A stretch of DNA of 24,000 nt from contig NZ_CP066369.1 in NCBI RefSeq assembly GCF_016406305.1, positions 4,431,894 through 4,455,893 of the forward strand, written 5' to 3'. Positions 1 through 6,995 of the stretch are shown here, in pieces (within the stretch, counting starts at the first letter, position 1; each line of letters opens with the position of its first letter). This DNA is from Shewanella putrefaciens (GTDB lineage: Bacteria; Pseudomonadota; Gammaproteobacteria; Enterobacterales; Shewanellaceae). The position numbers and the translations under genes were made by a program. The notes beneath the pieces were generated by a model, which searched no databases, had not been told where the DNA came from, and worked only from the letters and a program-made list of their open reading frames with translations.

Positions 1-1247
1 AGCACGACTCTCGTAAGCTGGCGATTCTACTGATCGACTTAGATCAATTTAAATACATTAATGATGTACAGGGCCATGCCACTGGCGACCTATTGCTACT
101 CGATGTGGCTAAGCGCCTAGAGGAAATTACGGGTAAAACCGATTTTATCGCCCGTATCGGTGGGGATGAATTTGTCCTCATATTGCCACGCCTAACGAAC
201 GAACTCGCCATCGAACATATGGCCAGCCGCATCATTGAAACCCTATCCGCACCTTTTATACTGAACGAACGGGAGATCCAGATCTCCGCCAGTTTCGGTA
301 TTGGTGTGTACCCCGAAGATGGCCTCGACGTAAGCTCCCTCACCCGCAATACCGAAATGGCCATGTATCAAGCCAAAGATGCCGGGCGAAACACCTTCAA
401 ATACTTTACCGCAGGTATGAATCAAACCATGTATGCTCGCATGGAGCTGGAACAACGCCTGCGACGCGCCGTAGCGCAAAATGAATTTACCCTGCATTAT
501 CAACCCATAGTCGATATGAAAACCGGCCAAGTGTGCAGTGTTGAGGCGCTTATCCGTTGGCAAGACCCCGATTTTGGCCTGATACCGCCGGATCAATTTA
601 TCACTATCGCCGAAGAGACTGGGCTTATCGAACCTATGGGCGAGTGGGTCCTCAACCAAGCGATGCACGACCTCAGGCAGTGGCAGAAAAGCGGCTTAAA
701 TATCAATGTCGCCATTAATGTCTCCAGCCGCCAATGTATCAACACCCGCGGCATGGGCTTTGACCAAGTGCTGCAGGAATGCTTTAACCGCCACCATGTG
801 AACCCGCGCAATGTGCATATTGAGATCACCGAAAGCATGTTGATGGGCGATGCGAGCCACTGCTTAAGTACCCTAGAATCCATTCGCCACTTAGGCTCGC
901 AAATCTATATCGATGATTTTGGGACAGGTTATTCCTCATTGAGTTACTTGAAAAAATTCCCTATTTCAGTGATCAAAATCGACCGCAGTTTTGTGGAAAA
1001 CGCACTAGATAACAACTCTAACGCCAATCTGGTGAAAGCCATTGTCATGATGGGCCAAAGCCTTGAAATGGAACTCGTTGCCGAAGGCATAGAAACCGAA
1101 GCCCAGTGGCATTTCCTGCAGGAATTAGGCTGTCATTTCGCCCAGGGCTATTTAATCTCAAAACCGCTGCCATTCGATGAGGTAACGCCGCTGCTGCATA
1201 TCAAGCATATCCACCATGATTATCAGGATAGTTGTGTGAATATCTAA
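1..1247 (+). CDS. GGDEF-EAL (diguanylate cyclase / c-di-GMP phosphodiesterase) signalling protein, 5'-truncated by the window edge
   Basis: The frame is open from nt 3 (HDSRKLAILLIDLDQFKYINDVQGHATGD...), so the TTG at 93 in the ORF track is internal. Motifs: RIGGDEFVLIL, VEALIRW, DDFGTGYSSLSYLK, AEGIETE. Stop TAA at 1245-1247. Confidence 0.9.
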   Translation, partial: HDSRKLAILLIDLDQFKYINDVQGHATGDLLLLDVAKRLEEITGKTDFIARIGGDEFVLILPRLTNELAIEHMASRIIETLSAPFILNEREIQISASFGIGVYPEDGLDVSSLTRNTEMAMYQAKDAGRNTFKYFTAGMNQTMYARMELEQRLRRAVAQNEFTLHYQPIVDMKTGQVCSVEALIRWQDPDFGLIPPDQFITIAEETGLIEPMGEWVLNQAMHDLRQWQKSGLNINVAINVSSRQCINTRGMGFDQVLQECFNRHHVNPRNVHIEITESMLMGDASHCLSTLESIRHLGSQIYIDDFGTGYSSLSYLKKFPISVIKIDRSFVENALDNNSNANLVKAIVMMGQSLEMELVAEGIETEAQWHFLQELGCHFAQGYLISKPLPFDEVTPLLHIKHIHHDYQDSCVNI

Positions 1248-1274
1248 GATGATAGAAAGCGAAGCACTCATAGC

Positions 1275-1300
1275 AAAAAAGCAGCCTAGGCTGCTTTTTT
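1275..1300. terminator. Bidirectional intrinsic terminator shared by the convergent GGDEF-EAL and ferritin genes
   Basis: aaaaaa-GCAGCCTAGGCTGC-tttttt: a GC-rich palindromic stem flanked by an A-run and a T-run, lying between the stop codons at 1247 and 1317. Confidence 0.75.
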
Positions 1301-1316
1301 ATCGGGTAGGTAAAAA

Positions 1317-1853
1317 CTAAGCCTGTGGCTGACTTTGGCCATTCATAATGCTTTCGCCGCCCTTAGAGGCCAATTTAGCCAGATCTTTATCGATAAAGAA
1401 TAACGCCTTACCGTCTTCACCCACTAAACGGATCTTATCGACAATCGATTTAAACAGCTTTTCTTCTTCATGCTGCTCGGCCACATACCATTGCAGGAAG
1501 TTGAAGGTGGAATAATCTTGATTAGAAAATGCGGCATGGGCTAACGCATTAATTTGGCGAGTGATTAACTGCTCGTGCTCATAGGTCAACTCGAACAAGG
1601 CGAGTAAGGATGAAAACTGTGACTGCGGCGCCTCAATCGCGCCTAATAATGGCAAGCCACCGGTTTCACTCACATAAGTAAACAGGCGACGCATATGGCC
1701 CATTTCTTCGTCCGCATGCTCACGCATAAACTTAGCTGCGCCTTCAAACCCTTGATCTTCACACCATGCGCTCATTTGCAGGTATAAATTGGAGGAGAAG
1801 AACTCCATATTAATTTGCTCATTCAACTTTTCGATCATGGCTGCTGACAGCAT
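1317..1853 (-). CDS. ftnA: Non-haem bacterial ferritin
   Basis: 178 aa. N-terminus [58 protein letters not shown] is typical of FtnA-type ferritins (ferroxidase-centre Glu/His pattern). SD AGAGGA lies upstream of the ATG. Confidence 0.9.
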   Translation of the reverse strand: MLSAAMIEKLNEQINMEFFSSNLYLQMSAWCEDQGFEGAAKFMREHADEEMGHMRRLFTYVSETGGLPLLGAIEAPQSQFSSLLALFELTYEHEQLITRQINALAHAAFSNQDYSTFNFLQWYVAEQHEEEKLFKSIVDKIRLVGEDGKALFFIDKDLAKLASKGGESIMNGQSQPQA

Positions 1854-1949
1854 AGTAAATCCTCTTTGGCATTCGAACTGAAATCTTGGCCCATTGTCAT
1901 TAAGGGGGACAATAAAAGCAATAAAATTTACCTTTGAACCTTTAGCTAA

Positions 1950-1985
1950 CTTAATGATTATTTGATAAAAATGATTTTCATTTGT
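1950..1985. promoter_or_regulatory. Candidate overlapping Fur-box-like (or FNR/CRP-family half-like) AT-rich operator in the ftnA-moeA divergent intergenic region
   Basis: By hand alignment to GATAATGATAATCATTATC, aaaaatgattttcatttgt (1967-1985) matches 12/19 and cttaatgattatttgataa (1950-1968) matches 10/19. TTGAT-aaaa-ATGAT (1962-1975) also resembles a degenerate TTGAT-N4-ATCAA site. Confidence 0.3.
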
Positions 1986-2179
1986 TCATCGACTCGCGTT
2001 TAAGTTTGAGATTTTATGTTAAGGCTATTCAACACAAGGCCCCCGCTTTCTTAAACTCTGGCAGCCAAAAACCGATTGCCCATCACAGAAACTCGCATGC
2101 AGATCATGGCCATCGCCGATCACCGTGGCATAATAAGCCCAATGTTGCCACACAACTCACAGCATATAAGGAAGACCCG

Positions 2180-3433
2180 ATGTCCGTAAAAGCCGATCCT
2201 TGTTCGCAACCTAGCCTAATGCATCCCGATCAAGCTATTCCCCTTTTGCTCGAACAAGTTAGCCCAGTGTCAGACACCGAAGTCGTATTATTGCCCCAAG
2301 CCTTAGGTCGAGTGCTCGCCGAAAATTTAGCGTCCTGCATCGATCTGCCACCCTTCGATAACTCATCGATGGACGGCTATGCCTTCCGTTTTGCCGACTT
2401 ACAGCAGCAGACAGAGCAAACGGCTCTACGCCTTATCGGCAGTTCATTCGCGGGGCATGGCTTTCAAGGTGAAGCCCAAGCGAATACCTGCATACGGATC
2501 ATGACGGGGGCCCCAGTTCCTGCGGGTTATGACACAGTGCAAATGCAGGAAGAAACCCAAGTCCAAAGGGAGTTTATTCTTATCAAGCACCCCAAGGGCA
2601 AAGGCGCCAATGTGCGTTGCCGTGGTGAAGAACTCACCCAAGGTACCCAAGTGCTCAATGCGGGGATCGAAATCGGTGCCGCCGAACTGGGTGTACTCGC
2701 CACCATAGGCGTTAGCCAAGTCAGGGTTTACCGCCAACTTAAAGTGGCCTTCTTCTCAACCGGGGATGAGCTACGCCCGGTCGGCAGCGAATTAGCGCCG
2801 GGGCAAATTTATGATTCTAACCGTTATTCAATCCAAGGCTTACTCAGCCGCGCCAATGTGGAATGGCTGGATTTAGGCGTAATAGCCGATGATCCCGAGG
2901 CCATTCGCCACGCATTTCGCCATGCCGCCAGCATAGCGGATATGGTATTAACCTCGGGCGGTGTTTCGGTCGGCGAAGCGGATTTTACTAAGCAAATTCT
3001 CGATGAAGAAGGCCAAATCACCTTCTGGAAGCTCGCGATTAAACCGGGCAAACCCTTTGCTATGGGGCGCATAGGCAAAGCGATATTCTGTGGTTTACCG
3101 GGTAATCCTGTTTCGTCCATGGTGACTTTTTATAAACTTGTTTGGCCAATATTGAACAAGATGCAGGGGTTAACCCCAGTGCCACCGCTGATGTTAGCCG
3201 CCACACTCACCACACCCGTGCGCAAACAGCCGGGGCGCGTCGAGTATCAAAGGGGCATTTTAAGCCGTAATTCCCAGGGTGAACTCGAAGTGGCGATCAC
3301 CGGCAGCCAAGGTTCGGGCATGTTGACCTCTATGAGCCTCGCCAACTGTTTTGTGTTGTTAGAACAGTTCCAAGGTGACACGCCGGCGGGCACTAAAGTC
3401 ACGGTTGAACCCTTTAACAGCGTGCTTTGCTAA
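2180..3433 (+). CDS. moeA: Molybdopterin molybdenumtransferase MoeA
   Basis: Motifs SMDGYAF, TSGGVSVGEADF, GLPGNPVSS. The 417-aa length from the ATG at 2180 (SD AAGGAAG at 2169-2175) is close to E. coli MoeA. The TTG-initiated 66-codon extension from 1982 looks non-coding. Confidence 0.9.
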   Translation: MSVKADPCSQPSLMHPDQAIPLLLEQVSPVSDTEVVLLPQALGRVLAENLASCIDLPPFDNSSMDGYAFRFADLQQQTEQTALRLIGSSFAGHGFQGEAQANTCIRIMTGAPVPAGYDTVQMQEETQVQREFILIKHPKGKGANVRCRGEELTQGTQVLNAGIEIGAAELGVLATIGVSQVRVYRQLKVAFFSTGDELRPVGSELAPGQIYDSNRYSIQGLLSRANVEWLDLGVIADDPEAIRHAFRHAASIADMVLTSGGVSVGEADFTKQILDEEGQITFWKLAIKPGKPFAMGRIGKAIFCGLPGNPVSSMVTFYKLVWPILNKMQGLTPVPPLMLAATLTTPVRKQPGRVEYQRGILSRNSQGELEVAITGSQGSGMLTSMSLANCFVLLEQFQGDTPAGTKVTVEPFNSVLC

Positions 3434-3442
3434 GGTCTCTTT

Positions 3443-4204
3443 ATGAACGAACAAGTAGACATCCTTAGCGATAGCGAGCTCACCCGCTACAGCCGCCAGA
3501 TATCCATCAAAGCCATGGATATCGACGGTCAGGAACGCTTAAAACTCGCCAAAGTCTTGATGATCGGTGCCGGCGGCTTAGGCTGCGCCGCCAGTCAATA
3601 TCTTACGGTCGCAGGTATAGGCGAACTCACATTAGTGGATTTCGATACGGTCGAACTCTCCAATCTACAGCGCCAAGTGCTGCATCAGGATACGAATATT
3701 GGCCAAGCTAAGGTCGAGTCGGCTAAACAGAGCCTAAGCCAGCTCAATCCCAATATAAAAATCAATACTATCAATGCCGTATTGGACGACCATGAAATCG
3801 ATGCCTTAGTCGCTGACCACCATCTGGTGCTCGATTGCACCGATAATGTTAGCGTACGTGAGCAGCTCAATCTCAGCTGTTTTAGGCATAGAGTCCCCTT
3901 AGTTTCCGCCGCCGCCATCCGTATGGAAGGCATGGTCACAGTATTTGACTACCAAGAGCAAACCCCTTGTTATCATTGCTTTAGTTCATTATTTGGCGAG
4001 CAGCAGCTCAGCTGTGTCGAGTCGGGAATTCTTGCCCCCGTTGTCGGCATGATAGGTTGTTTACAGGCGGTGGAAGCGATCAAAGTCATCACTGGCATGG
4101 GCAAAACCCTCGCAGGGCGCATTTTGATGATCGATGCAATGACGATGGAATTTCGCGAGATGAAATTACCTAAGCAGCCCAATTGCTCGATTTGTGGTCA
4201 GTAA
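3443..4204 (+). CDS. moeB: Molybdopterin-synthase adenylyltransferase MoeB (ThiF/E1-like)
   Basis: GAGGLGC nucleotide-binding loop, two Zn-type Cys pairs (CYHC and CSIC), 253 aa, starts 9 nt after the moeA stop. Confidence 0.9.
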   Translation: MNEQVDILSDSELTRYSRQISIKAMDIDGQERLKLAKVLMIGAGGLGCAASQYLTVAGIGELTLVDFDTVELSNLQRQVLHQDTNIGQAKVESAKQSLSQLNPNIKINTINAVLDDHEIDALVADHHLVLDCTDNVSVREQLNLSCFRHRVPLVSAAAIRMEGMVTVFDYQEQTPCYHCFSSLFGEQQLSCVESGILAPVVGMIGCLQAVEAIKVITGMGKTLAGRILMIDAMTMEFREMKLPKQPNCSICGQ

Positions 4205-4240
4205 GGGCATGAATAAGCACATTAATCCATAGGAAATAGC

Positions 4241-4516
4241 ATGAAATTAGCTTCCCCCATTCTACTTAGTCTATTCATTTGCAGCAGCTTATTAGCAGGC
4301 TGTGAGGATAAAACCGAACAGACAGCAAACACTCAAACCGAGGCAAAAGTGCAACTTGCTAATCCTGCATCCGAATATTGTGTGTCCCTTGGCGGCACCT
4401 TGGAAATACAGAAAAATGTAGAAGGTGAGCAAGGCATGTGTAACCTGCCCAATGGTGAAAAAATCGAAGAATGGGCGCTATTTCGCCGCGACCATCCCCA
4501 AGATAAAGCGCAGTAA
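4241..4516 (+). CDS. Small lipoprotein, DUF333 (YoaF-like, 'putative hemolysin') family
   Basis: Lipobox LLAGC after a hydrophobic N-terminus. Core NPASEYCVSLGGTLE...CNLPNGEKIEEWALFR resembles DUF333. SD AGGAAA precedes the ATG. Confidence 0.7.
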   Translation: MKLASPILLSLFICSSLLAGCEDKTEQTANTQTEAKVQLANPASEYCVSLGGTLEIQKNVEGEQGMCNLPNGEKIEEWALFRRDHPQDKAQ

Positions 4517-4534
4517 CCATGTTAATTATTGAGC

Positions 4535-4561
4535 AAACAGGCGCGTTATGCTCCTGTTTTA
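4535..4561. terminator. Weak hairpin between the convergent DUF333 and rlmF genes
   Basis: AAACAGG-11 nt loop-CCTGTTT followed by T/A-rich sequence. The stem is A/T-rich and overlaps the rlmF stop codon. Confidence 0.3.
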
Positions 4562-5665
4562 TTTAGACGATTTCAAGATCGCAGTGCGCCACTGCAACCG
4601 TTTGGCCGCTGAATGGAAACTCCACGCCAGCACGCGGGTGATTTTATTCCCCTGCTGCATCTCAATCGTTTTCACTGTATCGACCCCAAGCTTTGCCAAC
4701 GCCTGATAACAGGGTTTGAGGTTATCCTTTTTCGACACTAGGCTAGTGAACCACAGGCACTGCTCGGCAAAAAGTTGGCTTTCGTGGATCATGGTCGCTA
4801 AAAATTGCTGCTCGCCGCCTTGGCACCAAAGCTCCGCCGCCTGACCACCGAAATTGAGCTTAGCACTTGCAAGCTGCGCCTTTCCCCCTCGGTTTGCAGC
4901 AAGATTGCGCACCTTACGCAAAGAACCTTCACTGGCCTCGGCAAGCGAGGCGTGAAAAGGAGGATTGCACAGGGTAAGCTCGAAGCGATCATCGGCCTCG
5001 ATGATCCCCTTAAACACTGCCTTTTCATCCGGTTGTAATCTTAAACTTAATCGCCCTTGCAGCGCTGGGTTTCGCTCAATAATGCCCTGCACATTGGCGA
5101 GTGAATGGGCATTGATATCCGAGGCGACAAATTGCCAACCGTACACTTGGCTGCCCAATATGGGATAGATGCCGTTCGCGCCTGTGCCTATATCTAATAC
5201 CCTAGCGTTATCCAGAGCCAATGACTTATCGCCTTCGGCCAAAAGATCTGCCAAGTAATGCAAATAATCGACGCGACCGGGGATGGGTGGACAAAGCGCC
5301 CCCTTAGGAATATCCCAAGATCCAATCCCATAGTGATGTTTTAGGAGTGCGGCATTGAGCGTCTTAACCGCCAAGGGATCGGCAAAATCGATCGATAAGG
5401 CGCCGTAGGGCGTTGGGCGAACAAAGGCTTTTAGCGGCGGAAATGCACGGGTAAGCGCCGAAAAATCATAGCCATTAAGGTGAATATTGCGCGGGTGAAG
5501 GGCTTTTTGTAACGGCTTGTCACTCCTGGTAGTCGCGGATGTCGCTTTATGCTTCCCCACGGCTCGGGACTTCGAATCGACCCGGGCAACATTTGGCCTC
5601 GGCTGTGCTTTACCCTGAGCTGGGGCATTGGATTTAAGGGTAGATTTGACGGCAGATTTTGACAT
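4559..5665 (-). CDS. rlmF: 23S rRNA m6A1618 methyltransferase RlmF with a Lys/Arg/Ser-rich N-terminal extension
   Basis: LHPRNIH...DFADPLAVKTLNAALLKHHY, SAM motif VLDIGTGANGIYP, catalytic NPPFH. The start is uncertain: I chose the ATG at 5665 (MSKSAVKS...), while the ORF remains open to 5725. Confidence 0.85.
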   Translation of the reverse strand: MSKSAVKSTLKSNAPAQGKAQPRPNVARVDSKSRAVGKHKATSATTRSDKPLQKALHPRNIHLNGYDFSALTRAFPPLKAFVRPTPYGALSIDFADPLAVKTLNAALLKHHYGIGSWDIPKGALCPPIPGRVDYLHYLADLLAEGDKSLALDNARVLDIGTGANGIYPILGSQVYGWQFVASDINAHSLANVQGIIERNPALQGRLSLRLQPDEKAVFKGIIEADDRFELTLCNPPFHASLAEASEGSLRKVRNLAANRGGKAQLASAKLNFGGQAAELWCQGGEQQFLATMIHESQLFAEQCLWFTSLVSKKDNLKPCYQALAKLGVDTVKTIEMQQGNKITRVLAWSFHSAAKRLQWRTAILKSSK

Positions 5666-5671
5666 AGCGAC

Positions 5672-5730
5672 TCTGGTACATGGAGAATCTGGTACATTGA
5701 GATTCTGGTACATTGTTTGGCACATTGGAG
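5672..5730. repeat. Tandem direct repeat: TCTGGTACAT three times at an exact 16-bp period, plus a degenerate fourth unit
   Basis: Perfect 10-mers at 5672-5681, 5688-5697 and 5704-5713. The degenerate unit tttggcacat is at 5716-5725. The array sits immediately upstream of the chosen rlmF start. Confidence 0.9.
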
Positions 5731-5750
5731 CACTTATCCAAGGGCTATGA

Positions 5751-5786
5751 CTCTTATAAGTGCTCTTATAAGTGCTCTTATATAAG
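5751..5786. repeat. 12-bp tandem repeat (three units) with a palindromic core CTTATAAG
   Basis: ctcttataagtg (5751-5762), ctcttataagtg (5763-5774), ctcttatataag (5775-5786). gagcacttat at 5728-5737 is the reverse complement of ataagtgctc within the array. Confidence 0.9.
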
Positions 5787-5844
5787 GGCTCGGGCGGTGC
5801 AACGGGCCAACATACGTCGGCCTCAGGTAAAATCGTTGTGCGAA

Positions 5845-6261
5845 TTAATCGTACAGATAAGAGGTAAAGAGTAGATTTACGATCAATGGTTTACCCGCCT
5901 CGGCGGTGATTAGATTATTGACCATATCGAAACACTCGCGTCGAATTTCTTCACGGCCAGTGAGCGACTTAATCTTTTCTTCCGATTGATTGCCCAACAC
6001 CTCAATGATCGCGGCGCGCAGTAGCGGATCGTGGCGCTCAATAATGATGAGGTCCTCTGGATCTTTAACCATTAATTCGACGCTGATCTTCACAAAGCCA
6101 AGCTTTTTACGGTTCGAAATGTAGTTTGTCACTATCTCAGGCTCAAAGCCGTAATAAGCATATTCACTCTGTGTTGCGGGCGGCGCTTCCTTTTCATCGG
6201 CCGCATAAGCATTGAAGGCTAAATTGAGCAAAATCAGGCAGGCTGATAATATTTTTTTCAT
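5845..6261 (-). CDS. FliL-like (flagellar basal-body-associated protein family) periplasmic protein located outside a flagellar cluster
   Basis: 138 aa. Signal peptide MKKILSACLILLNLAFNAYA|AD. The C-terminal pattern FVKISVELMV...LLRAAIIEVLG...TGREEIRRE...VNLLFTSYLYD resembles the FliL domain. Confidence 0.6.
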   Translation of the reverse strand: MKKILSACLILLNLAFNAYAADEKEAPPATQSEYAYYGFEPEIVTNYISNRKKLGFVKISVELMVKDPEDLIIIERHDPLLRAAIIEVLGNQSEEKIKSLTGREEIRRECFDMVNNLITAEAGKPLIVNLLFTSYLYD

Positions 6262-6362
6262 AGCGGCTTACGGCTCCCTAAAAACAATAATGGTCGATGG
6301 AAGAAACTTCCCAATCTATCTGGTAGACTGCCGACGTTTGCTTATATTGTAACGAGTATTTG

Positions 6363-6935
6363 ATGAATGTGACCAGCTTAAGCTTCCCCTATGGTGAATC
6401 TATTCAGTGGTTTTGCGCCGAGAGTGCCGACAAACTTCCCCAATCCCCCTTGAAAGATTGGTTGCTCGCGCCGGGCAGCCTGACGCAAAAACTAAAAACC
6501 TGTTGCATCCAGTTTGAAGTTAAAGTGTTAGGAGAAGGCCAGCTTACCCCACTCGAAGGTGAATATCCCCAGCAGGGTTTAGTGTGGATCCGTGAAGTGC
6601 TGCTCTGCCTTGACACTATTCCTTGGGTATTCGCCAGAACCTTAATTCCACAAACCTTACTGGTTGAACGACAAGCAGATTTCCTTGGTCTTGGCACTCG
6701 CCCACTGGGAGAACTCCTGTTCAGCCAAGATAACTTTATTCCCGGCAGAATTGAAGTTGCCCGCTTCGAAACCTGTAGCCGCCTAGCCCAACTGTCCGAG
6801 AGTTTAGATCAGCGCGTCGAGCATGAACTTTGGGGACGGCGGCGTTATTTTCACCACGGCCAGGATGAGATGATCGTCAGTGAGATTTTTCTGCCCGCGG
6901 CAGTACAAGCCATCGAAGCCCTCAACCAACGCTAA
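6363..6935 (+). CDS. ubiC: Chorismate pyruvate-lyase UbiC
   Basis: Blocks matching E. coli UbiC: [59 protein letters not shown] chose the ATG at 6363; the TTG at 6360 is also possible. Confidence 0.85.
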   Translation: MNVTSLSFPYGESIQWFCAESADKLPQSPLKDWLLAPGSLTQKLKTCCIQFEVKVLGEGQLTPLEGEYPQQGLVWIREVLLCLDTIPWVFARTLIPQTLLVERQADFLGLGTRPLGELLFSQDNFIPGRIEVARFETCSRLAQLSESLDQRVEHELWGRRRYFHHGQDEMIVSEIFLPAAVQAIEALNQR

Positions 6936-6940
6936 TAAAC

Positions 6941-6972
6941 AAAAATGCCTCTAATATCAGAGGCATTTTATA
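6941..6972. terminator. Bidirectional intrinsic terminator between the convergent ubiC and protease genes
   Basis: aaaa-ATGCCTCT-aatatc-AGAGGCAT-tttatattta: an 8-bp perfect stem with A-rich and T-rich flanks. Confidence 0.75.
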
Positions 6973-6995
6973 TTTATCGGCTCAACTTAATCGCA

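Noticed and set aside
44-883. Minus-strand ORFs 44-364, 243-668 and 593-883 from the ORF track
   Set aside because: They lie entirely antisense within the well-supported GGDEF-EAL gene. They have no SD and give compositionally odd products, so they are shadow ORFs. The same reasoning applies to the other embedded antisense or alternate-frame ORFs: 2444-2737, 2824-3120, 3685-3939, 3973-4182, 4798-5168, 6404-6697, 7974-8531, 9379-9600, 10287-10538, 10938-11390, 12123-12559, 12641-12871, 14985-15185, 16357-16685, 17430-17871, 17927-18763, 18959-20739, 22746-23546.
1982-2179. 66-codon N-terminal extension of moeA (TTG start at 1982)
   Set aside because: It has no SD and starts inside the AT-rich operator-like sequence. 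Its His/Arg/Pro-rich product has no MoeA similarity, whereas the ATG at 2180 has AAGGAAG upstream and gives the canonical MoeA length.
1986-2179. Possible Moco riboswitch in the moeA leader
   Set aside because: I could not recognise the conserved Moco-motif core by eye, and these riboswitches normally precede moaA-type operons. This is not excluded, only unsupported. A cmsearch with RF01055 would decide.
5431-5733. 100-aa minus-strand ORF, and the longer rlmF start at 5725
   Set aside because: The 100-aa ORF is an alternate frame over the rlmF 5' region. The stretch 5666-5725 consists of 16-bp-period repeats, which is inconsistent with coding selection.
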